A stretch of DNA of 38,417 nt from a virus. Taxonomy: Duplodnaviria > Caudoviricetes. The DNA lies in IMG/VR virus record IMGVR_UViG_3300030397_000563, positions 1 through 38,417 of that record. One strand, written 5' to 3'. Every line of letters starts with the position of its first letter. The first letter of the stretch is position 1. Shown here in pieces: positions 1 to 7,891 of this stretch. The translations under genes and the position numbers were made by a program. The notes below the pieces were generated by a model. That model saw only the letters and a program-made list of their open reading frames with translations, had not been told where the DNA came from and ran no database searches.

Positions 1-122
1 TGCCAGCTCAACTTCTAGTGGAGTGACCATTCCAAAGATGGTTGTCCAAGGCTACGCTATAGATATCATCAAGGAGCTCATGGAAACGTTGAGGTGGCAG
101 ATTAAAATAGATGTGAACGATA
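1..122. repeat. Terminal direct repeat (assembly overlap), left copy
   Basis: 1-122 is identical to 38295-38416; indicates a circular or circularly permuted assembly of ~38,294 bp. Confidence 0.97.
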
Positions 123-1657
123 ATTTTTATTTCGAACCTGAAGGATTTGAAAATAACGGGGTCACTCTTACACATGGAAGCAATGGCTTTGCAATAACTA
201 AATGGAATGAAGATAAGACGCAACTGCTTAATAGCGTTCGTGCTATTGGAGGATTCTCTAACAAGGCAACTGAAGAAACTATCGTTGGCACAGGAACAGA
301 GTTCACTCTTACGAACAAGCCAAGTGGAGTGGTTCGAATAACCGTGTCAGGAACAGAGCAAGATCCTTCTACTTTCACTGTAGATGCAGAAGAAAAAAAG
401 GTGACATTCACTAGCAGCAAAACAGATCCTACTTTCTTTTATGCATATGATAGACCTCTTGTTATGAACTATCAAGATGATGCAAGTATAGCAGCTCACG
501 AAGAAGTATTCCAAGAGATAACCGTACCTTCTATTTCTTCATATTCAGACCTTAGACGATATGCACGGAACATTGTAGGATTGTATAAAGATCCTCTCGT
601 CAAAGGTGTAGGTGTGAAAGTAGGATATGACTTCAGCCTAGAGGTAGGAGAAACGATTAATGTAGTTGATAACGTAAGAAACCTTTCAACTACTGCAGTC
701 ATCACAAAATTAGAGTACACTCTAGGAAGAACAAGGATCTTTTTCGGTCCAAGAGACTTCGAACTGATTGACTGGCAAAGAGGTATTGAAGAAAGACAGA
801 AAAAGCTGGAAAGACAATTCCTCAACACTCAGGACGTCGTTTTCGCAAGATCTTTCGAAAGTGATCTGAGCATATCGCTTACGGTTACAGAGACGTGGGA
901 GTTCAACAGTCCAGAAAACAGTTTAATACTTTCTCATAAGAGTCTTGGAAACCTCAGAGATAGCAGGAACGTAGAAGCTGACTGCAGCAGCAACTCAAAC
1001 CACGGAACATGGCAAGGAACAGGAATCGGAGGAAGTCAGTATAACTCTTCAGGCCATAGACTTTTTTGCGGAGCTTTCAACGGAACAGACAATTACGTAG
1101 AAGGCACAGGAAGCCCTTTCTCAAGTGATCCAACAACAGCAACCATAGCCATTTATGCAAACTTTACAGATTTCACTCAAGACATGAGCTTATACAGTCG
1201 AGCCTTTGGTGACACGCTTTATCCCAGACTTTACTATGACCAGAGCGATGACGAGCTCGTATTCCAATACGAACTGGACGGAGTGGTGAAAGCCATTACT
1301 GTAACGAGTTTCAGCTCAAGCTACAATGCAGGAACATGGTACAGCATTATCGCAACTTTAGACAATAGCACAGGAGGAGTACTTTACATTGACAACTCCA
1401 GCGTAGGAACAAATACAGACACAGGAACAAACTTCGACAGCAGTACAAACGCTATAAGAGTAGGCCACGATGCTAACCTCACATCTTATATGAAAGGCAA
1501 GCTGGACGAGTTCTTTATCTGGGAAAGCGTTCTTACCAGCGCAGAAAGAGCCAATGTGATAAGCAAGATCTTCCAAGGCAACAACTTAAAGTTGTATTAC
1601 AGTTTTGATGATCCTGTGCTCGGGGATCAAAGTACGAGCAGGAGTACGGTGACATAA
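2..1657 (+). CDS. Tail tip/hub-like protein with C-terminal LamG (concanavalin A-like) domain; 3' part of a gene starting at 37951 (666 aa joined)
   Basis: Frame is continuous with the ATG at 37951 across the overlap; follows tape measure and distal tail genes; C-terminus has LamG hallmarks (FNGTDNYV, GTWYSIIAT, LYIDN, GKLDEFFIW). Confidence 0.75.
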   Translation, partial: ASSTSSGVTIPKMVVQGYAIDIIKELMETLRWQIKIDVNDNFYFEPEGFENNGVTLTHGSNGFAITKWNEDKTQLLNSVRAIGGFSNKATEETIVGTGTEFTLTNKPSGVVRITVSGTEQDPSTFTVDAEEKKVTFTSSKTDPTFFYAYDRPLVMNYQDDASIAAHEEVFQEITVPSISSYSDLRRYARNIVGLYKDPLVKGVGVKVGYDFSLEVGETINVVDNVRNLSTTAVITKLEYTLGRTRIFFGPRDFELIDWQRGIEERQKKLERQFLNTQDVVFARSFESDLSISLTVTETWEFNSPENSLILSHKSLGNLRDSRNVEADCSSNSNHGTWQGTGIGGSQYNSSGHRLFCGAFNGTDNYVEGTGSPFSSDPTTATIAIYANFTDFTQDMSLYSRAFGDTLYPRLYYDQSDDELVFQYELDGVVKAITVTSFSSSYNAGTWYSIIATLDNSTGGVLYIDNSSVGTNTDTGTNFDSSTNAIRVGHDANLTSYMKGKLDEFFIWESVLTSAERANVISKIFQGNNLKLYYSFDDPVLGDQSTSRSTVT

Positions 1658-1659
1658 AA

Positions 1660-2502
1660 ATGGCTTTAACAGATGACTTGTTTACGGAAATAAAAAACAG
1701 AGTAAAGACAGACTTGCAAGCATTATTTACTCACGGAGCAGTAGGAACTGATTCGACCACTCCTGCAAGCACAGATTCACAACTAGGCGGTGAAGTATTT
1801 AGAGATGCCATAGACGATTTTGACAGTGCAGCTGAGAGTGCAATAACAGCAAGCCTTCAGATAGCTACAACAGAAGCAAATGGGAACAGCATTGCAGAAG
1901 GCGGATGGTTTAGCGCAGACATCCTTGTGGTAGATAATTGTGACACTGCAGACTGGACAGACAATGCAGACATGACCACGAGCCTGAACACTAATGAGTA
2001 CGTGGAGAACGAAGCAGCTCTTAATATCACAAAAGATGGAACTGCAAGCGCAACAGCAAGTACGAGCAAGACTACAACTAGCCGAGACTTCACCAGCAAA
2101 ACATTATCTATATGGATTTACGTAGTTGATTCTGCTGCTTTAAACAAGATGGCCACATCGAACTGTCTTACGATTCGATTCGGAAGCGATGCAAGCAATT
2201 ATTATGAGTGGACAAAGGATAAAGCAGATCTTTCTGTAGGATGGAATTATGTTACAGGACTCACTAGCGCAACTGCAAGTACTACAGGAAGCCCTGTAAT
2301 AACAGCCTGCGATTACACGTACGTTGCTCTTACGGCCACAGGTTCAGCTATAACCTGGAGTGCAGGAGATTTCATCATGGATGACATCAAATTATTACAA
2401 GGCACAATGTACGCAAGAAACACGCTTACGGCAGTTACAAAGACAGATGACATAAACCTGTTCTTGGACACGACTGTAACGATTGCGGTGACGGAGAGCT
2501 AG
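1660..2502 (+). CDS. Putative tail fibre/baseplate-associated virion protein with inserted beta-rich (carbohydrate-binding-like) domain
   Basis: AVGTDSTTPASTDSQLGGE motif typical of fibre/baseplate N-termini; Thr/Ser/Ala-rich; directly after tail tip gene. Confidence 0.55.
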   Translation: MALTDDLFTEIKNRVKTDLQALFTHGAVGTDSTTPASTDSQLGGEVFRDAIDDFDSAAESAITASLQIATTEANGNSIAEGGWFSADILVVDNCDTADWTDNADMTTSLNTNEYVENEAALNITKDGTASATASTSKTTTSRDFTSKTLSIWIYVVDSAALNKMATSNCLTIRFGSDASNYYEWTKDKADLSVGWNYVTGLTSATASTTGSPVITACDYTYVALTATGSAITWSAGDFIMDDIKLLQGTMYARNTLTAVTKTDDINLFLDTTVTIAVTES

Positions 2503-2503
2503 A

Positions 2504-2824
2504 ATGGCAACAGATACGAACTTTCAAAAAATACTGGACGAGCTCAAGCTCATACACAGAGACTATCCAGATCTGCGTTTCGGTGAGATCTTACAAATAA
2601 GCTTGGATCGAATGATGCTTAAGGTGAACAGTGATCTTTCAGACATTTCAAGCAAGAAGATCTTGAACGCGCTTAAAACTTTTAATGCTAAGACGAATGA
2701 GGACAGGACTTCTAGGATTAAGAAGAACAGAGATCTTGTGAAGAGAGAGAAAGAAGTCAGAATAAGGATCGAAGAGAAAAAGAAGGAGTTAGAGAAGGCA
2801 AATGCGAATAAAGTTCAGCGATAA
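2504..2824 (+). CDS. Hypothetical protein (YPDLRFGEI motif, basic coiled-coil C-terminus)
   Basis: 106-aa ORF tightly packed between neighbours. Confidence 0.6.
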   Translation: MATDTNFQKILDELKLIHRDYPDLRFGEILQISLDRMMLKVNSDLSDISSKKILNALKTFNAKTNEDRTSRIKKNRDLVKREKEVRIRIEEKKKELEKANANKVQR

Positions 2825-3401
2825 GCTTAAAGCAAAGATGGCCAGAGAAGGACTCCTATTCTTACTTATAGATGCATTCCACAAGATGAACTGGAAGATC
2901 AGCAAGAAACGAAGTGTGAAGGAATGGCTGCAGGAACAAATCAGACTTATCGAACACATGGAAACACCTACTTTCGAAGGGCATCCTGACCAGAAGATCA
3001 TCAACATTCAGAAGTGGATCATAAAAAACATACGATACATTCCAGACCAGAAGCGATGGAAGACCATAGAGTACTGGCAGAACGTCCAAGAAACCATGAC
3101 ACTAAAGACTGGAGATTGTGAAGACGGTGCAGGACTCATGTACGCCTTAGCTGTGAAGAATAAAGTACCTCCTTACCTTCTTAGTTTTTGGTGCGGTCAT
3201 GCAAGAAATCCAAGAACCAAACAAATGGACGGACACGCTTGCATGAAGTACAAAGAAGACAGTATTTACTTAAGTAGCCTTAAGTATTATGTGGACTGGT
3301 GTTATGCGCCCGTGACAGTTCCCTTCAAGAACAGAGTGGACGAAACACAAGATCCTATTTATGCGAGTAAGTGGTTCGAAATTAACCACCTGGAGATATA
3401 G
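2802..3401 (+). CDS. Transglutaminase-like (Cys-His-Asp) cysteine peptidase, candidate lysis/envelope-degrading enzyme
   Basis: WIIKNIRY, EYWQ...ET...TGDCED (catalytic Cys), GHA (His), YVDW (Asp); located at the end of the late region. Confidence 0.75.
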   Translation: MRIKFSDKLKAKMAREGLLFLLIDAFHKMNWKISKKRSVKEWLQEQIRLIEHMETPTFEGHPDQKIINIQKWIIKNIRYIPDQKRWKTIEYWQNVQETMTLKTGDCEDGAGLMYALAVKNKVPPYLLSFWCGHARNPRTKQMDGHACMKYKEDSIYLSSLKYYVDWCYAPVTVPFKNRVDETQDPIYASKWFEINHLEI

Positions 3402-3404
3402 ACA

Positions 3405-3854
3405 ATGGATGGAATAGAAACGGTACTGGAGATAGGGAAGAATCTTGGGAGTTACGGAACAGTTGCAGCTGCAAGTCTTTACGGACTTTACAAGATAGGT
3501 GAGAAATTACTGACAAAGTATGATAATATGGTTTCTCGACATACTGACCTGCTTAAGCAGAGTTATGAAGAAAGGGCTAAAAGCTTGGAAGGAACTATTG
3601 TAAGTTATAGAGAAGAACTGCATGAAGAAAGACAACTTCTTAGAGAAAACACTAGAGTTCTTAATGGTATTGTAGAAAAGATTGGGGGCGTGACTACAGC
3701 CATAAATGATCTAAGAGTAGAAGTGAAAGATGGAAGACATGATCTTAAAGAAGTAGAAGAAGGGATTGAAGGGGAGATAGGAAAAGCTTGCGATGAGATT
3801 AAACAAGATACTCGTGTTATAAGAACTTATGTGGACCGCATGGGAGGAAGTTAA
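3405..3854 (+). CDS. Membrane-anchored coiled-coil protein, holin-like
   Basis: N-terminal hydrophobic segment (YGTVAAASLYGLY) followed by long heptad-like region; follows the peptidase. Confidence 0.5.
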   Translation: MDGIETVLEIGKNLGSYGTVAAASLYGLYKIGEKLLTKYDNMVSRHTDLLKQSYEERAKSLEGTIVSYREELHEERQLLRENTRVLNGIVEKIGGVTTAINDLRVEVKDGRHDLKEVEEGIEGEIGKACDEIKQDTRVIRTYVDRMGGS

Positions 3855-4222
3855 TGCTTATTGCTTATTTAGATGACACTGTGGAAGACTTGGAATATTG
3901 CAAAACTATGTTAGGTGATATGAAGGGTTGGATTGTTGATACTTACATGGATCACACAGTTTTCAGGAGAGCTGTTAAACTAATTGATTACGATATTATC
4001 TTGATGGATATAAACATGCCTGGGGTGAACGGTTTCGTTTTTGGAAAAAGACTGAACCATCCTAATATTATTTTTTATACTGGTCAAGAGTTGGATTTTT
4101 CTAGAGAGTTAATGCCTGATCTTGAGCATTACCCTATGCGTTCTAAGAATGATTCTATAGATGGTTTGATTAAGCTTATAGAAGATGTTAAAAGAGGAAC
4201 GTGTATCTATGAAAAACACTGA
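3854..4222 (+). CDS. Stand-alone CheY-like response-regulator receiver domain
   Basis: YLDD (D7/D8), ILMDINMPGVNG (phosphoacceptor D52), FYTG (T76), K98; 122 aa with no output domain; TAATG overlap with upstream gene. Confidence 0.85.
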   Translation: MLIAYLDDTVEDLEYCKTMLGDMKGWIVDTYMDHTVFRRAVKLIDYDIILMDINMPGVNGFVFGKRLNHPNIIFYTGQELDFSRELMPDLEHYPMRSKNDSIDGLIKLIEDVKRGTCIYEKH

Positions 4223-4257
4223 ACAATCATATAGTTCATATATGAAGGAGGAACACT

Positions 4258-4530
4258 ATGACATTGCAAACACTAGGAGCGAGCATCCTTACGGCAGTAG
4301 TAAGAAACGGTACTGGATGGTTTCAAAAAGCAGCTGCGGATGGGAAGTTTAGCGACTACGAGAAAAGAAAGCTTTTGGAAACAACCATACGAGTGATAAT
4401 TATCGAATTTTCCGTTTATTATGGGATTGGATCTGCACTCACTCAGATGGGAGTCGATTGGAATCTGATATCTAATTCAGGTTTGAGCTTCCTTATTGAC
4501 TACGTGGTTCAAAAGTTCAAAAGAAAATAA
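4258..4530 (+). CDS. Small membrane protein, possible holin
   Basis: AGGAGG RBS; 90 aa with hydrophobic segments and basic C-terminus (KFKRK). Confidence 0.5.
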   Translation: MTLQTLGASILTAVVRNGTGWFQKAAADGKFSDYEKRKLLETTIRVIIIEFSVYYGIGSALTQMGVDWNLISNSGLSFLIDYVVQKFKRK

Positions 4531-4575
4531 CGGACATTTTATGGGACATTAACGGACATTTTGAGAGACTTGTCC
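4528..4575. repeat. Short direct repeats TAACGGACATTTT x2 with extra GGACA copies
   Basis: TAACGGACATTTT at 4528-4540 and 4550-4562; GGACATT also at 4544-4550; inverted TGTCC at 4571-4575. Confidence 0.7.
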
Positions 4576-4590
4576 TCTATTTCCCTATTA

Positions 4591-4606
4591 ATAAAGTATA
4601 CTTTAT
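4591..4606. promoter_or_regulatory. Perfect 16-bp palindrome abutting the early promoter (putative operator)
   Basis: ATAAAGTATACTTTAT is its own reverse complement and ends just before GAAAGGTTTATATA. Confidence 0.55.
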
Positions 4607-4607
4607 A

Positions 4608-4649
4608 GAAAGGTTTATATATACATAATGTATTGTTTGGGTTGAAAGA
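4608..4649 (+). promoter_or_regulatory. Archaeal-type early promoter (BRE-TATA) with GGGTTGAAAGA element
   Basis: GAAAGGTTTATATATACAT with GGGTTGAAAGA starting 31 nt after the motif start; same architecture at 9880. Confidence 0.75.
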
Positions 4650-4688
4650 TACCCAAAACGGGTGTGGGCTACTTAAAGGAGGTGGCAA

Positions 4689-4817
4689 ATGATAAAGAAA
4701 AACTTTGATTATAAGCTTTCCAAAGGCATTTTTTTAAGCACTTGGGAGAAAAGAATGGAAGAGATAAGGTTTCTTGAAAGTTTAAGAGTTTTACAAAAAG
4801 GAGACGCAGCACAATGA
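4689..4817 (+). CDS. Small hypothetical protein (42 aa)
   Basis: GGAGGTGG RBS; stop overlaps next ATG (ATGA); below ORF-track cutoff. Confidence 0.65.
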   Translation: MIKKNFDYKLSKGIFLSTWEKRMEEIRFLESLRVLQKGDAAQ

Positions 4818-4975
4818 TAATTCAAGATGGTGGGCACACCTATTTCATTGTGGACAAGTACACTGACAAAGAAGGCAACAGGATTTGGATAGGGATAGAT
4901 GGGGTTTCCAGATCTGTTCACCACATAAATACAAGTAAATTCCAAAGAAATGAAAAGGTGGAGATTTTAGAATGA
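4814..4975 (+). CDS. Small hypothetical protein (53 aa)
   Basis: ATGA coupling at both ends; MIIQDGGHTYFIVDKY... Confidence 0.65.
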   Translation: MIIQDGGHTYFIVDKYTDKEGNRIWIGIDGVSRSVHHINTSKFQRNEKVEILE

Positions 4976-5091
4976 TATTTAATTTTTGCAAGGCAAAGAA
5001 GGGAACAATGTTCTATAAACAGGTAGAGGTTAGGTCTGCAGAAGGGTCTGACGGTCAAGTGTTTATGCGTATGAAAAGGAGGCAGTTATGA
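4972..5091 (+). CDS. Small hypothetical protein (39 aa)
   Basis: GGTGGAG RBS; ATGA coupling at both ends. Confidence 0.55.
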   Translation: MIFNFCKAKKGTMFYKQVEVRSAEGSDGQVFMRMKRRQL

Positions 5092-5357
5092 AAATTTACA
5101 GAGTAAGATTGTCATGGGAAGGGATAAAAGAAGTTGAAGCTAAAGACAAAAAAGATGCGGGAAGAATAGCTCAAGAACTCTTTCAGACAGAACCTAAAAA
5201 TGCACAAGTAATGCACGTTTTTCAAATAAGAGGAAATTTACCTTCGTGTGTGGAATGTGATCAAAGATTAAAAACTGCTGAGGATATTGTTTACAAAGGA
5301 AAAGATACTTTATGTTTACAATGTTTTAAAGATATAGTGAGGGGTATAGAAGTATGA
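5088..5357 (+). CDS. Hypothetical protein with EVEA-type N-terminal domain and C-terminal zinc finger
   Basis: AGGAGG RBS; KEVEAKDKKDA; CVEC...CLQC. Confidence 0.7.
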   Translation: MKIYRVRLSWEGIKEVEAKDKKDAGRIAQELFQTEPKNAQVMHVFQIRGNLPSCVECDQRLKTAEDIVYKGKDTLCLQCFKDIVRGIEV

Positions 5358-5464
5358 AATGTGGATTTTGCAAAGGAAGTGGGGAAGCATCGGACAGCAC
5401 GGAAGAACAGGTCATAGTTTGTAGTGCTTGTAATGGGATGGGAACTCATCCAGGAGCGTTATGA
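5354..5464 (+). CDS. Mini DnaJ-type zinc-finger protein (36 aa)
   Basis: MKCGFCKGSG...CSACNGMG: two CxxCxGxG motifs; ATGA coupling. Confidence 0.7.
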   Translation: MKCGFCKGSGEASDSTEEQVIVCSACNGMGTHPGAL

Positions 5465-5586
5465 TGTACACGATAAGAACGAAAGAAGGAACTCCAATAT
5501 GTAAGGGTTTAAGTTTGGAAGAAGCTTGTTTGCTCATATCTGCTATGAATGTAGATGAAGAATGGGTAGTTTGGAGGGAAGCATGA
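5461..5586 (+). CDS. Small hypothetical protein (~41 aa)
   Basis: ATGA coupling at both ends. Confidence 0.55.
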   Translation: MMYTIRTKEGTPICKGLSLEEACLLISAMNVDEEWVVWREA

Positions 5587-5831
5587 CTGATAAAAAGTTG
5601 GAAAAGTATTTAAGAAGTTTTGACAAAGCAAAAGGTTTGGCTCGTAAATTAAGTAGTTTATTCATATCTTGCGAAGTACCTCACAAGGTTGAAATGATTG
5701 AGTACGCACAAGAGCCAGGTATTGCTCAAGCAATTATTTTTAATTTTTATGAAAACGATAAAGAACAGAAAATGGTTGCTTGTTTTACAAGAGAAGGACA
5801 TTTACGTTTTGAAAAATGGGAAGATGAATAA
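5583..5831 (+). CDS. Hypothetical protein
   Basis: GGAGGG RBS before ATG 5583 (preferred over 5562). Confidence 0.65.
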   Translation: MTDKKLEKYLRSFDKAKGLARKLSSLFISCEVPHKVEMIEYAQEPGIAQAIIFNFYENDKEQKMVACFTREGHLRFEKWEDE

Positions 5832-6072
5832 GACTTTAGAGCAAATAATAACGCATGTAGCAATCCCTATAGCTTTGGGAGTGTGCATAGCTACTGCTTA
5901 TGTAATTGGAAGAAGTGACGGGAAGGAAAAAGTGATTAATCATTATCACAAGCATGAGTACAAGCACGAAATAACGATAGAGCATAAGTTTTTACCCCCT
6001 GTTTTTCCTCCAGTCATAGAACCTCACAAAAAGTATGAGAGTGAAGAAGTAAAGTATGGGGGTTCAAGTTGA
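5824..6072 (+). CDS. Membrane-anchored hypothetical protein with His- and Pro-rich tail
   Basis: IITHVAIPIALGVCIATAYVIG hydrophobic helix; start at 5824 overlaps the upstream gene end. Confidence 0.65.
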   Translation: MNKTLEQIITHVAIPIALGVCIATAYVIGRSDGKEKVINHYHKHEYKHEITIEHKFLPPVFPPVIEPHKKYESEEVKYGGSS

Positions 6073-6206
6073 TTGAGACTAAAGATTGTGAGAATTTAAT
6101 GCAGGTGTTTTCTGCTCTTTCAGAATTTTATGCAAGAGATAGCAAAGGAAGAGTGGTGGTTGTTAAGGTGAATAATCGTTTTGAGGTGAGTTTGTATGAA
6201 GGTTAA
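6069..6206 (+). CDS. Small hypothetical protein (45 aa, TTG start)
   Basis: GGGGGT RBS; TTGA overlap; fills the gap between ORFs. Confidence 0.45.
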   Translation: MIETKDCENLMQVFSALSEFYARDSKGRVVVVKVNNRFEVSLYEG

Positions 6207-6525
6207 AGCAACAAAGCAATGCAATAGGTGTGGTTGTGTTTATGAGGTGAACGATCAAACGTTTAGAAAAACAGTTTATCTTAAGAAAGGTCATGTAGCA
6301 GTAGGAGATCCCAAATATAGAGTTAAAAAAATCAAAAGGTTTCTTTTAAGAGATAAAGTTGAAAAGGAAGAATTCAGTTTTAAGTACGTTCTCAAGAAGG
6401 ACATTTTACAACCTATTTTAACTTGTCCTGTGTGTGGAGTAGAAGAAAGCCCCCATGTCCGTGAAGCATACTGTGAGGGATTGGATGGTGTAGATTATTG
6501 GGAGAAGTTAGATGAAAAGAAATAA
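6196..6525 (+). CDS. Zinc-ribbon protein
   Basis: GAGGTGA RBS; CNRC ... CPVC. Confidence 0.65.
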   Translation: MKVKATKQCNRCGCVYEVNDQTFRKTVYLKKGHVAVGDPKYRVKKIKRFLLRDKVEKEEFSFKYVLKKDILQPILTCPVCGVEESPHVREAYCEGLDGVDYWEKLDEKK

Positions 6526-6925
6526 ACAACAAAAACTATTGTTTTATACAAACCCTCGAACTTTTGAGAAAAAACTTCAAGAGATGGAAGAAGTCGAAGA
6601 ACAAGTAGCATGGCTCTTACAAAAAGACGAACACTTACGGAATAATGACAATCTTCTTATCTGGGCTTTTTGGAATGAAGTCAACAAGCCGATCCTTCGG
6701 GGAGTGTGTAAAGACCTCATTGAATTCGGGGAAGAGATCATACCTTATCCTGTTGTTCATCTGGTAAAAGCGGAGAGTATAACGAGGTGTAGGAGGATGT
6801 TGCAAAACACTTTAGGTCTGTTTTTACCTACGGATACTCAAGTAATTGAAGAAAGGAAGATTAGTGAAGCTGCAGTCAAAGAGTGGGCTGAGTTAGAAGG
6901 AGGGAAATTATGGAAGAAACGATAA
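6512..6925 (+). CDS. Conserved viral hypothetical protein (ESITRxRR motif)
   Basis: LRNNDNLLIWAFW...AESITRCRRMLQN resembles a recurrent phage small-protein family; function unknown. Confidence 0.6.
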   Translation: MKRNKQQKLLFYTNPRTFEKKLQEMEEVEEQVAWLLQKDEHLRNNDNLLIWAFWNEVNKPILRGVCKDLIEFGEEIIPYPVVHLVKAESITRCRRMLQNTLGLFLPTDTQVIEERKISEAAVKEWAELEGGKLWKKR

Positions 6926-7116
6926 TCAAAGGAGAGATTAAGGATGCAAAGTTTATAGATATTGAAAATGGTCTGGTTGTGAGACTTGACAAAATGAAGG
7001 ATTTGAGTAAAGAAGTTACGAGATTGAAAGAGATGATCCAAAGGGATATGAAAGATCAATGGTCTTTATTAAGTGAATTGAGCAAGAGGGTTAAAGCTTT
7101 GGAGAAGAAATTATGA
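6910..7116 (+). CDS. Coiled-coil hypothetical protein
   Basis: GGAGGG RBS; heptad pattern. Confidence 0.6.
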   Translation: MEETIIKGEIKDAKFIDIENGLVVRLDKMKDLSKEVTRLKEMIQRDMKDQWSLLSELSKRVKALEKKL

Positions 7117-7277
7117 GAGTTATAGTTGAAGCAAAAGGGGAATATTTTAGTGCAGGGATCACAGACTCAGAAGGTATGACTAATAATGAGGTGTGTATGG
7201 CTGTGGCTTTGTTGGAAAAGATGAAACTGGAATTATTGAGACAGATTTCAAATGAGATAGAGGTGAATAAGAAGTGA
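7113..7277 (+). CDS. Small hypothetical protein (54 aa)
   Basis: ATGA/GTGA coupling on both sides. Confidence 0.6.
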   Translation: MRVIVEAKGEYFSAGITDSEGMTNNEVCMAVALLEKMKLELLRQISNEIEVNKK

Positions 7278-7564
7278 TTAAGCTAAGTTGGATGGATAAG
7301 ATTCGTGCAAGACTTCAAGAATACGCTGAAAAAGACGCTTTAAGTGACGAAATTAAAGACTTTATTGATCCTATCATCAAGTATGGTATGGGTGAAGAAA
7401 TACGTATAGAGAAGGATTTAAAGGATAATGACAGTATTGTGGAAGAGTTGAAAGCTTTTGAAAGATTGCACGGGATTCAAAAAACAAAATTGTTGTATTC
7501 GGAAGAAGAATTTAATATGGAGGAAGAGAAATGCCAAGACCGAGAAGAGAAGGAAAACCAGTGA
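7274..7564 (+). CDS. Hypothetical acidic protein
   Basis: GAGGTGA RBS; GTG start. Confidence 0.6.
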   Translation: MIKLSWMDKIRARLQEYAEKDALSDEIKDFIDPIIKYGMGEEIRIEKDLKDNDSIVEELKAFERLHGIQKTKLLYSEEEFNMEEEKCQDREEKENQ

Positions 7565-7731
7565 TCATGCGTAGTTTTGAAGACATTACTGAACGTCTTA
7601 AGACTTGTGTGTTTTATGAAGAGAATAAGCCAACGTATTTGGTGGTGGAGGACTTGCTTAATTTTTTAGATTTTGTACAAAAAGATCGAGGACATAAGAA
7701 GTTAGTTGAAGAATTTAAAGATTTTTCATAA
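7531..7731 (+). CDS. Small putative DNA-binding (ribbon-helix-helix-like) protein
   Basis: GGAGG RBS; MPRPRR basic N-terminus, beta-strand then two helices. Confidence 0.45.
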   Translation: MPRPRREGKPVIMRSFEDITERLKTCVFYEENKPTYLVVEDLLNFLDFVQKDRGHKKLVEEFKDFS

Positions 7732-7891
7732 TTCCAAAAAAAAACGAAAAGGCACTGAGGTAGTGAGTGTAGGACACAGAAAGGAAGCCACATCCAGTAA
7801 AGCGAGTGAAATATCTATGACCTTAAACAAAACGTGGGGAGACTGCTCACAGTCACCAATGAAGGTAAGTCCAGTATTTTTAATTAAAAAA

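Noticed and set aside
1-122. Biological terminal repeats of a linear genome
   Set aside because: The repeat falls in the middle of an essential tail gene and restores its frame when collapsed, so it is best explained as an assembly overlap
4639-4649. GTTGAAAG resembling a CRISPR repeat end (also at 9911)
   Set aside because: Only two copies 5 kb apart, with no repeat-spacer periodicity; the position fits a promoter element
7790-7860. Full IS200/IS605 or IS607 mobile element
   Set aside because: No tnpA/tnpB ORF in the genome and only a loose end-like resemblance; kept only as a weak ncRNA hypothesis
7706-7891. 62-aa N-terminal extension of the cytosine MTase in the ORF track
   Set aside because: TTG start overlapping the upstream gene; motif I follows ATG 7892 directly, and the segment looks non-coding
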